DNA from: Bacteroidia bacterium
GTDB taxonomy: Bacteria; Bacteroidota; Bacteroidia; Palsa-965
DNA length: 64,000 bases
NCBI GenBank assembly: GCA_039918435.1
Contig: JBDSHN010000073.1
Coordinates: forward strand, 14,267-78,266
Direction: 5' to 3'
This document shows positions 28,176 through 37,694 of the stretch, piece by piece. The notes below the pieces were generated by a model. It had not been told where the DNA came from. It saw only the letters and a list, made by a program, of their open reading frames with translations, and ran no database searches. Every line of letters begins with the position of its first letter. Within the stretch, counting starts at the first letter, position 1. The translations under genes were made by a program, and so were the position numbers.

Positions 28176-30476
28176 ATGCGCTTTTTAACCCTCCTCTTTT
28201 TAGTTTCATTTTCTTTGCCGTGTTTTTCTCAGAATAATGAATTGCTTCGTTCCCGAGGAACGCTTCCAAAAAATATTATTGGAACGCGACAGCAGCAATC
28301 CAACCACGAAATCAATCGAATCAAAACCAAAAATGAAATTGTTTCCAATGATCAACGTGTACTTATTGATGGCACTGTGAATCTTTGTCAGGCGATTGCA
28401 AAGAGTGGCAGGTTAATGATTAATGATACATTAAGCTCATATGCAAATCGCATTCTTGACATTTTACTTAAGGATAATCCAGCATTACGAAAAGAGCTTT
28501 GCGTCTATTTTTATTATTCACCGGGCAGCAACGCTGTAACACTCGACAATGGAATGATCATTATTGAGCTTGGATTAATGGCGCATGTAAAAAACGAAGC
28601 GCAGCTTGCTTTTATCCTTGCGCATGAAGTTTGTCATTACCGCGAAAGTCACTTTCTTAAATCTCTTCGTTATGCCAAAGATTTAACTGAAGAGGAAGAT
28701 CCATTGCAAGCTGTATTAAACTATTCGAGAGAATTAGAACAGGAGGCGGATAGCCTCGGCTTCGAAATGTATAAATCCTCAGGCTACGCATTATCAGAAG
28801 CAGTAACGGTTTTTGATATGCTTGGAGCCTCTGAAATGGCGGAAGAACAAATTTCATTTACGCCTCGTGTTTTTGAAGAAGGTTTTTACAGATTCCCGCC
28901 TGATTATTTACTTGATTCGTTATTCGCTGTAGAAAACACAGATTATGATGAAAAAGCAAGCACGCATCCGAGCTGTGAAAACAGGAAGAACAAAATGCAA
29001 TCGCTCACTAAAGACCTAAATTCAGAAGGCCGGTTATTTCTATTTCCTGAAGATGTTTTTAAAGCGCTTCGTTTGTTGGCCCGGGAAGAATGTTGCACTC
29101 TTTTTCTTGAAGAGCGCAGATATGGTGAAGCAATTTATTGTGCGTATGTCTTACTTGTTGAAGACAGCACAAGCATTACTGCAAAAAAAATCATTGGAAA
29201 AGGGCTTTATAATATCGCGGCTTATTCTATTTCATTTTTACCTGTCATTGTCCCTGAAAACTTCATTGTTGACATTGATCAGGACCATGATTTTGATTTA
29301 AGTTCAACACGATCGTTTGCCCCAATAGACTATTATGGTTTTATCCCCGGTGAAAGCCAGCAATTGCATCATTTCCTTGCAAGCTTAAATAGCGGAGAAA
29401 TAACTGTTCTTGCAATGAGGTGGAATTGGAAATTGTATAGTGATGGCAATTTCAAAGATGAAACAGAATCACGTATATGTGAAAATCTCTTTCTTTTGTT
29501 AACTGCCTATCATGGCTTAGAAGTAGCTGACTTTGACTTTCCTGCTATTGCAGAAAGAAACAAAGACAAAAAGCTCGACTCGCTTATTACAAAAGGTAAA
29601 AGCCTGGACTATAAAAAAGAGTTTAGGGATTATCAAACGGGAAAATTCCAGAAAAACGATTTCAAATCAATTATCAAAACCTCCCCGGGCTACGAAACAA
29701 AAATCGCAGAATATTCTTACCGGGGATTTGATAGTATCATAAGGGACTCCATATTTTTCAATCACTTTGAAAGGCGTGAAGGCAGTAAGCGATTGCCTTT
29801 TGAATACCCGGAGGATATTTGGGAAAGATCAGAAAAGCAAAGGAAAAGTACCTACGGATTGGGGATTACAACCATGTGCATCGTTCAGCCTGATTATTAT
29901 AGTTTAAAAGAAATAAAACGAACGCGCACCTATCTGTATAACGAGCAGGCAAGCAACGTTATGCAGCAAGCCCAGCAAACAGCTCTTATAACAAGCAGTA
30001 ATGCAACCAAAAAGACCTATTTCATGCTTAGTCCTCAAACATTAGATTCTACCCGCACTGCAGATTATAATACGTACTGTATGCTGCAACAATGGCTTGA
30101 AGAACAAACTTCACATTCATCAAATGCATTAGCACTTAATCTTGCACACGCCGAGCTTGTCGATTCACTTGTAAAAAGATTGGGTACACAATACGTTATG
30201 CTGTCTTCCATCGCCTGTGAAAAACAGAAACGTATAAGGGACGTCGGCAGATTCATATTACCCTGCTTAATTCCATTTACGCTTCCATTTGCTGTTATTT
30301 ATGGGGTCATTCCAAGAAACCGTTCCCAAATGGAATGTTATGTTTATGATTTAAAAAGCGGCGCATTAGTATTGGTCTATGAAGATTATACCAAATCCAA
30401 AGCTCAGGCAACAACAATGACAACATATTATAACAGCGTTTTTCGGAAAATAGCGCGTAATAAAAGACCTGATTAA
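28176..30476 (+). CDS. Secreted M48-family-like zinc metallopeptidase with about 450-aa C-terminal extension (paralog 1)
   Basis: Signal peptide. HExxH (AHEVCHYRESH) with a downstream ELEQEADSLGFEMY (ExxxAD) third-ligand motif. C-terminal hydrophobic segment. Confidence 0.75.
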   Translation: MRFLTLLFLVSFSLPCFSQNNELLRSRGTLPKNIIGTRQQQSNHEINRIKTKNEIVSNDQRVLIDGTVNLCQAIAKSGRLMINDTLSSYANRILDILLKDNPALRKELCVYFYYSPGSNAVTLDNGMIIIELGLMAHVKNEAQLAFILAHEVCHYRESHFLKSLRYAKDLTEEEDPLQAVLNYSRELEQEADSLGFEMYKSSGYALSEAVTVFDMLGASEMAEEQISFTPRVFEEGFYRFPPDYLLDSLFAVENTDYDEKASTHPSCENRKNKMQSLTKDLNSEGRLFLFPEDVFKALRLLAREECCTLFLEERRYGEAIYCAYVLLVEDSTSITAKKIIGKGLYNIAAYSISFLPVIVPENFIVDIDQDHDFDLSSTRSFAPIDYYGFIPGESQQLHHFLASLNSGEITVLAMRWNWKLYSDGNFKDETESRICENLFLLLTAYHGLEVADFDFPAIAERNKDKKLDSLITKGKSLDYKKEFRDYQTGKFQKNDFKSIIKTSPGYETKIAEYSYRGFDSIIRDSIFFNHFERREGSKRLPFEYPEDIWERSEKQRKSTYGLGITTMCIVQPDYYSLKEIKRTRTYLYNEQASNVMQQAQQTALITSSNATKKTYFMLSPQTLDSTRTADYNTYCMLQQWLEEQTSHSSNALALNLAHAELVDSLVKRLGTQYVMLSSIACEKQKRIRDVGRFILPCLIPFTLPFAVIYGVIPRNRSQMECYVYDLKSGALVLVYEDYTKSKAQATTMTTYYNSVFRKIARNKRPD

Positions 30477-30653
30477 TTGTTTAAAACGTTAAAGCTCTGT
30501 AACTATTTTGGATACCAGATAAAGCGCTTTTGCCCTTTTTCCCTTTTTAACAAACTTTGATCCTTAATCCCATTCAGGCACGCACCCCAGCGCAATAAAT
30601 TCCTTGCTGATTCGTAACTTAGAGGAAGTCCTTTTACAGCCTTAATTCTTACT

Positions 30654-32993
30654 ATGCGCAATTTCATTCCTGCTTTCCTCGCCTTTTTCATTCCCTCATT
30701 TGCCTTCGCGCAAACCCACGCACCATTAGAACCAAACGGAAAGCTTCCCTCCTTCTTTTATAACCCAAGCCATGTGCTTGTCGACCAGGAAATAAATAAA
30801 CGAAATGCTTCCGGTGATTATGTGAGCGTAAAAGAAGAAGCATTTATCCGCGAGATGAGCTATTTCGCACAGCAAAGAATGATCAGCGGAATTGTACTCT
30901 TCAATGATTCACTCAGCGCGTATGTGAGCAAAGTCGCAAAAGTGCTTTTGAAAGATGATACTGCTACTTTCAACAAGCTGCATTTTTACGTTTACAAATC
31001 GCCTGATCCGAACGCTTATACTTCGGCAACGGGAAATATTCTCATCACGGTTGGCTTGCTCGGACAATTGGATAATGAAGCACAACTCGCATTTATTCTT
31101 GCGCATGAGATCACGCATTATCGCCAGGGACACATGCTCAAAGGTTATCTCAATCGTGAAGAGCTGAAAGAACAAAGCAGCACTACGCCATCTTATTTAT
31201 TGCTTTCCTCCTATTATTCCTATAACCAGGAACAAGAACTTGAAGCCGATCAGATGGGATTTGAATTGTACAAAAAATCACCTTACAGTGTAAGAGAAGC
31301 TTTGCGTTCTTTCGACGTGCTCGATTATTCTGATCTTCCGTTTGATGATGTTCCTTTTGACACTACATTTTTCAATAAAGATTACATGACCATTCCATCA
31401 GGTTACTTTATGAAGGAAGTAGATCCTGTTTATTCTGATGATAATTATGAGGATCGCAATTCAACGCATCCGAATGTGCGTAAGCGGCGCATGGCCTTGA
31501 TGACGGAAGTGGATACGGTAAAAAATGCAGGCACACATTTGTACGTGGTTTCTAAAAACGATTTTCTTTCTGTTCGTGAAACTTCCCGTTATGAAATGTG
31601 CCGCCTTTATCTCATCGAGCGAAATTATCCCGGTGCAATTTATTCCGCGTACATGCTTTTGCAGCGTCACCCGGAAGACCTTTACCTGAAAAAAATTATC
31701 GGTCATTCGCTCTATGAAATTGCAGCTTATAATCAGACCGCCTCCTCCAGGGGATATTACAATCCTTACCTCGCATACGATTACAACAATTCCGGCGGCC
31801 GTTATGCAGGTCTGAAACGCAGCGGCTATTACCGCATTCCTGATTTCAAAGATTTTCCCGGCCAGCAGCAGCAATTGTATCATCTCTTTCATGAAATTGA
31901 CGCGGATGAATTAACTGTTTTGGCGCTTTCTTATAATTGGGGATTGCATAAAGCTGATCCTGCAGATGAGTTTCAGAAAGGGCTTTGCGACAGCTTGTTC
32001 ATTATGCTGGTGAATAAACAGAATTTGCACCTGAGCTATTTTTCTGCCCAAACTCCTGATGAAGCGAAAGAGCAATTCCGGAAAGATTCCCTGCAGCGTG
32101 TGGTGGAAACCGGCGAAGCAGGCGATTCAAAATATTCACGCATGGATAAATTCCGCCTCAATTCACAAAAAGAACGATTCACCAAATTCGCTTTTGTGGA
32201 AATGCTGAAAGATTCCGCTTTTGTTACCCGTTTTAAATATTACACCGATCATCGCACAAGTCTTGTTTCGGCCGGCGATGAAACATGGTATGGCAATAAA
32301 TCAAAAACTGAAATTGCGCAGGAGGAAAAAGAAAATGCAGCGTACGGTTCAGGTATTCAGAAGATAATTGTGGTTTCTCCCGATTATGAATTTTACAATC
32401 AACTAAAACGGAAACAAACATCGGAGCAGGATTTTGCATCGAGTGAAAAGGGGCAGGAAAATTTAGGCACCGCAATTAAAACGGAAGCAACAAATGCGGG
32501 TCTTGATTGCATTTTACTTTCTGCTTTTTCCATGGACAGTTCGAACGGCGATGCATTTTCAGATCTTGCCGTACTTAACGAATGGTTTTTCGAGCGCATG
32601 CAACATGGCAACAGCGGTTATGCTTCCACGATCAATAACCAGGCACAGGTGGATTCAATCGCTGCAAAATACGGAACACGCTATGTGATGTTCACCGGCG
32701 TTGAAGTGGAATACCGCAAACGCATCCAGCATCCGTTCTGGTTTGGCGTTTCCTGCCTCGCAGTGGTGCCTGTGATTCGTGCATTTATTCCGCGCAACAA
32801 CATGAGCTATGACGCTTGTGTGCTCGATATGAAAACCGGTGAAGTAATCATGATACGTCACGCCACGAAGCTCAAAGGAAAAGAATCCGAAAACACACAG
32901 GAATATTACAAAGGTCTTTTCGACAAACTGCACAAAACGAAAAAACCAAAATCAGATGGGAAGCCGGTAACGGAATTAGAAAGAGGCATGTAA
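30654..32993 (+). CDS. Secreted M48-family-like zinc metallopeptidase (paralog 2)
   Basis: Signal peptide. AHEITHYRQGH plus QELEADQMGFELY. Collinear with paralog 1 along its whole length. Confidence 0.75.
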   Translation: MRNFIPAFLAFFIPSFAFAQTHAPLEPNGKLPSFFYNPSHVLVDQEINKRNASGDYVSVKEEAFIREMSYFAQQRMISGIVLFNDSLSAYVSKVAKVLLKDDTATFNKLHFYVYKSPDPNAYTSATGNILITVGLLGQLDNEAQLAFILAHEITHYRQGHMLKGYLNREELKEQSSTTPSYLLLSSYYSYNQEQELEADQMGFELYKKSPYSVREALRSFDVLDYSDLPFDDVPFDTTFFNKDYMTIPSGYFMKEVDPVYSDDNYEDRNSTHPNVRKRRMALMTEVDTVKNAGTHLYVVSKNDFLSVRETSRYEMCRLYLIERNYPGAIYSAYMLLQRHPEDLYLKKIIGHSLYEIAAYNQTASSRGYYNPYLAYDYNNSGGRYAGLKRSGYYRIPDFKDFPGQQQQLYHLFHEIDADELTVLALSYNWGLHKADPADEFQKGLCDSLFIMLVNKQNLHLSYFSAQTPDEAKEQFRKDSLQRVVETGEAGDSKYSRMDKFRLNSQKERFTKFAFVEMLKDSAFVTRFKYYTDHRTSLVSAGDETWYGNKSKTEIAQEEKENAAYGSGIQKIIVVSPDYEFYNQLKRKQTSEQDFASSEKGQENLGTAIKTEATNAGLDCILLSAFSMDSSNGDAFSDLAVLNEWFFERMQHGNSGYASTINNQAQVDSIAAKYGTRYVMFTGVEVEYRKRIQHPFWFGVSCLAVVPVIRAFIPRNNMSYDACVLDMKTGEVIMIRHATKLKGKESENTQEYYKGLFDKLHKTKKPKSDGKPVTELERGM

Positions 32994-33047
32994 CTAGTAC
33001 GAATAACTTCGAATAGTTACTAATAGAAATATTCCTTGAAGTAAAAT

Positions 33048-33087
33048 AAAAAGGGTGCTAATTCAATTTAGCACCCTTTCTGTTTTT
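33048..33087. terminator. Bidirectional rho-independent terminator between convergent genes
   Basis: AAAAAGGGTGCTAA-ttcaat-TTAGCACCCTTTCTGTTTTT is a 10-bp perfect stem with A-tract and T-tract flanks. Confidence 0.7.
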
Positions 33088-33140
33088 GCAATCCCCACTA
33101 ACTTCTTCGTAACTATTAGAAGTTATTCGTAATTCGTACC

Positions 33141-33800
33141 CTACAGGAGGACTCCCACGCCGAAGAATACCTGGAAGATGTCTTTCTCAAAAGTTCTCTG
33201 CATTAAAAACTTGCTTTCCCTTGAACTGTCAAGACTTAAGACCGGAGCTGCTAAACGGATTCCTGTATTTGCAACAATGTGATCCCAGAAAACCATTTGC
33301 GTTCCTGCCGCCACGTGAAATATAATTTGATTTAAAAAATCATCCGTTAACATAAGTGTATTATAACCGGGATTACCTTTTCCGATTATATATTCATTAT
33401 GCGTGTACGTTAATCCAATATCATAAAACTTTCCTATTGGTGCGATGCCGCCACGTTTCTTTTTGAATGTTCTGAGCGTAGCTCCGAATTCCATTCCCTT
33501 TATGCGATCACTTTTATGATAAACGGATTCTATTCCTTTATTATAAACCTGGTTATTACCCAACGACCACATATTATAATTCAGATTCAGCTGTGTGCGC
33601 CTTCCGGTTATGACGCCGATGTTTCCACCGTATTGAAAATTATATTTCGTAAAAAAATCAGAGACGGAAGTATAAAACGGAGCATACGCACCTTCCACTC
33701 CAATAATAAAACGATGGCCCATATAACCACCTTTGCCGGGAGCTGCTTTCAAAAAACCCGCTGTAAAAATCAGCGCAGCAAGGATCAGAGTCTTTTTCAT
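33141..33800 (-). CDS. Small outer-membrane beta-barrel protein (OmpA-N/OmpW-like 8-strand barrel)
   Basis: Signal MKKTLILAALIFTAGFLKA. Alternating aromatic strands and a C-terminal aromatic-rich end. Its ATG overlaps the stop of the upstream M48-like gene (ATGA). Confidence 0.6.
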   Translation of the reverse strand: MKKTLILAALIFTAGFLKAAPGKGGYMGHRFIIGVEGAYAPFYTSVSDFFTKYNFQYGGNIGVITGRRTQLNLNYNMWSLGNNQVYNKGIESVYHKSDRIKGMEFGATLRTFKKKRGGIAPIGKFYDIGLTYTHNEYIIGKGNPGYNTLMLTDDFLNQIIFHVAAGTQMVFWDHIVANTGIRLAAPVLSLDSSRESKFLMQRTFEKDIFQVFFGVGVLL

Positions 33801-36154
33801 TTCGCAGCTTTTTTAGGGGTTGACAATGTGCGCATCAAATCAAAAACATGCAGCTTCCTTCGTGAATCGGTTGCTTTTTGATTGGTCATTTGTGTGCGTT
33901 GAACAAATAGCGGCTTTCCGGAAACCACATCGTAAATAATAACGGTATAATAAACATCTTCCTTCGGCGTGAAAAGGCGATACAGAATATGCGGCGCTAG
34001 CGGCACAGCGACGAGTGAAAGAATTCTTAAAACAGTTCCGCCGCGTTTTGCTTTATATGTTTGGTAAGCCGACCACATGAAATAATTCGTTCCGTATTTT
34101 GCAGCCAGCGCTTTCATATCTTCCTGCGGATAAGGAAGAATCTGGTTATCGCCGTAATCCTGGCGCTGATCAAACCATTCGTTCACTGTAACAAGATCAT
34201 TGAAACGCGTTACTGTTCCGGTATCCATATTATTGCCATCAAGTATCTGCAGATTCATCCCAAGCTGTGAAGCGCTTTGTTTCATATCAGCAACCAGGAT
34301 GTCGTGTCCCTCAAGTGATGATTTCACGTCTACATCTTCCGCACCGCCGGTGGCATCATAAGAAACATAGATCGGATTAACAGCAACAATATTTAAGATT
34401 CCCTGCGGACCGGAATAACCTTCTTTTCTCGCGTCTTTGATTTTCTTCTGCTCCTTATTGCTTTTTTCATACCATAACGAATCAGAAATTCCGATGCTGT
34501 CTGCATAAGCTTGCGCTATGCGGTACATCTGCACAAAACCAGAATCTTTCATTTCATCAATGAAAGCAAACTGCCAGTATTTAAAATGATCGAGTGAATC
34601 GCGGTCGAGATGATCGATGCCGGCCTGGAATCTTGCAACAGGAGAATCTGTCTTTATTTTTTTCGCAATAGTTGTATCGGCAAATGCTTTATTTCCGATG
34701 GCTACCAATGCACTGTCCGTTTTTTGAAATTCCGTCATGGGAATTTCATTCTTCACAGCAAGTTCAAGGAATAATCCTGTTGTCCAGCGTGTGATGTCAT
34801 TATCTTCCGGAAACAATGTGTGTGCCTTCCATGCATATTTCAGCGCTGCTGCGTTCCAGCCGGTCGCATCGGTCTTATTGACGAATGCTTTCAGTCGTCC
34901 CTGTTCACCAACCGGCTTTGAATTATCTTCATAGGAAGCAGAAAAAAGCGATTCGAATAAGGACGAAAGATCTGTGTAATCATACAGCCTGTTTTTCTTG
35001 ATCACGCTTCCATACATCGCCCGGATCAATTCACGGGTGAGGTAATGATTATCAGGGTAAACTTCCTGCTCTGCATAATTCGAGTAAATTGCCTCGTTGA
35101 ATTCACCTACTGCTGTGTGCTCTGCAATTTCCTCAAAGCGTGCCATTTCTTTTATTCGCCAAAACATCGTTTCAGAAACGAGATATTTGCTTCCTGTAGT
35201 ATCAGCACTAAGCTTTCCGAATTTCCTGACAATAACTTTTCTGCGCTTGTATACACTTGGATGTGTTGCAAGATCATCGTCCTCATCTTCATCCGCAGGT
35301 TTTATCTTCTTGATGGTATCTACATAAAACTTCGAAGGGAAGATAAAATAATCAGATTCGAAAAAAGATTTTTTAAATAAAGTATCACTGAAAGGCGCAT
35401 CTGCCAATGCAAGAATATCGAAAGCAGCCATACTTGCATGCGGGTCATAATTAGAATTGAGCAGCAATTCAAATCCTTCTTCATCCGCCTGTGATTCGTA
35501 TGCACGGGAATAACGGTGGCGTTTTAAAAAGCGATTTTCAAAAGTAGTCTGATCGTACTGGCCGATTCCTTCACGTGCTTTTACACCCTCCACATAACCG
35601 GTAAGTACGTGATTGCGTTTGTAGTGAATAACTTCATGTGCAATAACAAATGCAAGCTCCGATTCATTTTTCAGACGCGTGAGCAGACCGATGGTAACGA
35701 AGATAGCGCCCTGGTCAGTGGTGAAAGCATTTACCGTTGGCGAGCGAAGTATATAAAATTTCAATTTTTTGCGCAGTTCAGGGTCCTGGCGGAGCAGCAA
35801 TGAATCAGCAACACGGTTGATGTAAATACTGAACGTATCATTGACGAGCACTTCGCCGCTGAAACGCATCTGATCGACCGAATAATTTGTCTGCAGGTAA
35901 AATTCAACCTGCGCATCACGCATTTTCTGATCCTGCGCCTGGTCAATTTTTTCATTATCCTTTGCCGCTTTTTCAGCAGTGGAAATGAGAAATTCCTGCG
36001 GCAGGGGGCCGTTTGCACGTGCAGGTTTATAATTATCAAGATTGGGTTTGGCAGCAGGAGTTTGCGCTAATACAAAAACTGGCAACAACACCAAAAGCAT
36101 CCAAATGAGTCGGGGATTATTCATAATTTCCAAAGTTAATACAGGAATTAACAA
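33797..36154 (-). CDS. Secreted M48-family-like zinc metallopeptidase (paralog 3)
   Basis: AHEVIHYKRNH plus YESQADEEGFELL. Same architecture as paralogs 1 and 2. An alternative start at the internal MNNPRL (about 36124) is possible. Confidence 0.75.
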   Translation of the reverse strand: MLIPVLTLEIMNNPRLIWMLLVLLPVFVLAQTPAAKPNLDNYKPARANGPLPQEFLISTAEKAAKDNEKIDQAQDQKMRDAQVEFYLQTNYSVDQMRFSGEVLVNDTFSIYINRVADSLLLRQDPELRKKLKFYILRSPTVNAFTTDQGAIFVTIGLLTRLKNESELAFVIAHEVIHYKRNHVLTGYVEGVKAREGIGQYDQTTFENRFLKRHRYSRAYESQADEEGFELLLNSNYDPHASMAAFDILALADAPFSDTLFKKSFFESDYFIFPSKFYVDTIKKIKPADEDEDDDLATHPSVYKRRKVIVRKFGKLSADTTGSKYLVSETMFWRIKEMARFEEIAEHTAVGEFNEAIYSNYAEQEVYPDNHYLTRELIRAMYGSVIKKNRLYDYTDLSSLFESLFSASYEDNSKPVGEQGRLKAFVNKTDATGWNAAALKYAWKAHTLFPEDNDITRWTTGLFLELAVKNEIPMTEFQKTDSALVAIGNKAFADTTIAKKIKTDSPVARFQAGIDHLDRDSLDHFKYWQFAFIDEMKDSGFVQMYRIAQAYADSIGISDSLWYEKSNKEQKKIKDARKEGYSGPQGILNIVAVNPIYVSYDATGGAEDVDVKSSLEGHDILVADMKQSASQLGMNLQILDGNNMDTGTVTRFNDLVTVNEWFDQRQDYGDNQILPYPQEDMKALAAKYGTNYFMWSAYQTYKAKRGGTVLRILSLVAVPLAPHILYRLFTPKEDVYYTVIIYDVVSGKPLFVQRTQMTNQKATDSRRKLHVFDLMRTLSTPKKAAK

Positions 36155-36333
36155 GATAATCGCGATTGTTCTAAAAGTGATGAAAAAAGAACTTAAAAAG
36201 TGATAAACAGGCTCGAATACCTATGTAAACGCTTTTCGCATTTTATCCGGGACATCGTGCAAATAATTGAAAGGCCGTGTATCGCTTATTTTTTACCTTT
36301 GGCCGACAATTTAAACCCTTTAAATAAAAACTC

Positions 36334-36807
36334 ATGGGATTCTTTGGAAAGATCAAACAAGTACTTGGTATCGGAACTGTATCTGTTAAAATTTCAGCAA
36401 CGCCAACATTCAGCACTTCTGACGCTGAAATAAAAGGCGCTGTTGTAATTACAGGAAAAAGTGACCAACTGATCGAATCAGTAAAGATCGAATTTGAAGA
36501 AGCATTCACTACCGGTTCGGGCGACAATGCAACAACCAAAAAATTCGAGCTTGGAAGTGTGAAACTACCTGGCTTTGCAATCAATAAAGACGAAACGAAA
36601 AACGTCGTATTCACATTGCCATTCACCTATTCCAAAACAGCAAGTGAAAACCTTGCAGAAAAAGGCGGTGTATTGGGCGGCATCGGAAAGGTCGGCGGAT
36701 TTATGAAAGGCGAAAAATCAAAATTCACGCTTATTGCAACTGTTGATGTTAAAGGCGCAACATTCGATCCGAATGATGTAATGGAGCTGAAAAAAGCAAA
36801 AGCATAA
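36334..36807 (+). CDS. Spo0M-like (SpoOM family) protein
   Basis: N-terminus MGFFGKIKQVLGIGTVSVKI resembles Spo0M (MSFFKKL.ASVGIGAAKVD). 157 aa. Followed by a clean terminator. Confidence 0.5.
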   Translation: MGFFGKIKQVLGIGTVSVKISATPTFSTSDAEIKGAVVITGKSDQLIESVKIEFEEAFTTGSGDNATTKKFELGSVKLPGFAINKDETKNVVFTLPFTYSKTASENLAEKGGVLGGIGKVGGFMKGEKSKFTLIATVDVKGATFDPNDVMELKKAKA

Positions 36808-36831
36808 TTTTTTTTTGTTCAGATAAGTTTA

Positions 36832-36868
36832 TCCCTGCCTGTTTAACTACTGGCAGGGATTTTTTTAT
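36832..36868 (+). terminator. Rho-independent terminator
   Basis: ATCCCTGCC-tgtttaactact-GGCAGGGAT followed by a T7 tract. Confidence 0.75.
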
Positions 36869-36921
36869 CCGGAAGCGTAACAGAACCAGTTTCAGTGAAT
36901 ATTGAATTTAAAAACCATGAA

Positions 36922-37686
36922 TTACTTCTGCATATTCACTAACGCAAGAATTTCTCTTTTTTTCCTGCGTGCTACTTCAAAGATTTTTTGATCGTGCATG
37001 GTAATAATGAACGGCTCACCTTTTGAGTATTCGATAATAAAATTCACATTTATCAGGTAACTTTTATGTACACGGATAAAAGCTGTGACGCTAGAAAAAA
37101 ATTCATCAAACTCTTTCAGGTTTTTCGCGATCATGTATTGTTCCCCGTCGTCCATCGTTATACGGCACCAGCTCGTATCGGCTTCGATGTAAGCAATAGA
37201 CATAACAGGCAAGAGCTTTACTTTATCGCGAACATGAACAGCAATCTTACGGTCTTTTATTTCGGCGCCTAGACTGTTCAGCATATTTCCGATCTGTACC
37301 TTATTACGATTACGTTCTTTGTTTTTTGCTTTTTGTATTGCACGCGTCACGGCATTTTTCAGATCATCCACCTCAACGGGTTTCAGCAGGTAATCCAGTG
37401 CACTAAAGCGGATGGCATCGATCATAAAAGTATCAAAGCTCGTTACGAAGATCACCTCAAATGGAACTTCTTCCCATTTACGCAGCAGGTTAAAACCATC
37501 GCCACCGGGCATTTGTATATCAAGAAAAACAAGCCCGGGTAAATGTGCATTGACAGCAAGAAAAGCTTCTTCTACATTTTCAGCTTCTGCCACTATTTCT
37601 ATCTCCGGAAATAAATTCTCAAGCAGGCTTCGCAATACTACGCGGCTTTTTGCTTCATCATCAACAAGGAGAACCTTAATCTTCAT
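36922..37686 (-). CDS. LytTR-family response regulator
   Basis: REC (KVLLVDDEAKS...LVFLDIQMPGGDG) plus LytTR (IEADTSWCRITM...FIRVHKSYLINV). Immediately downstream of the Y_Y_Y kinase. Confidence 0.9.
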   Translation of the reverse strand: MKIKVLLVDDEAKSRVVLRSLLENLFPEIEIVAEAENVEEAFLAVNAHLPGLVFLDIQMPGGDGFNLLRKWEEVPFEVIFVTSFDTFMIDAIRFSALDYLLKPVEVDDLKNAVTRAIQKAKNKERNRNKVQIGNMLNSLGAEIKDRKIAVHVRDKVKLLPVMSIAYIEADTSWCRITMDDGEQYMIAKNLKEFDEFFSSVTAFIRVHKSYLINVNFIIEYSKGEPFIITMHDQKIFEVARRKKREILALVNMQK

Positions 37687-37694
37687 AACTGTAA

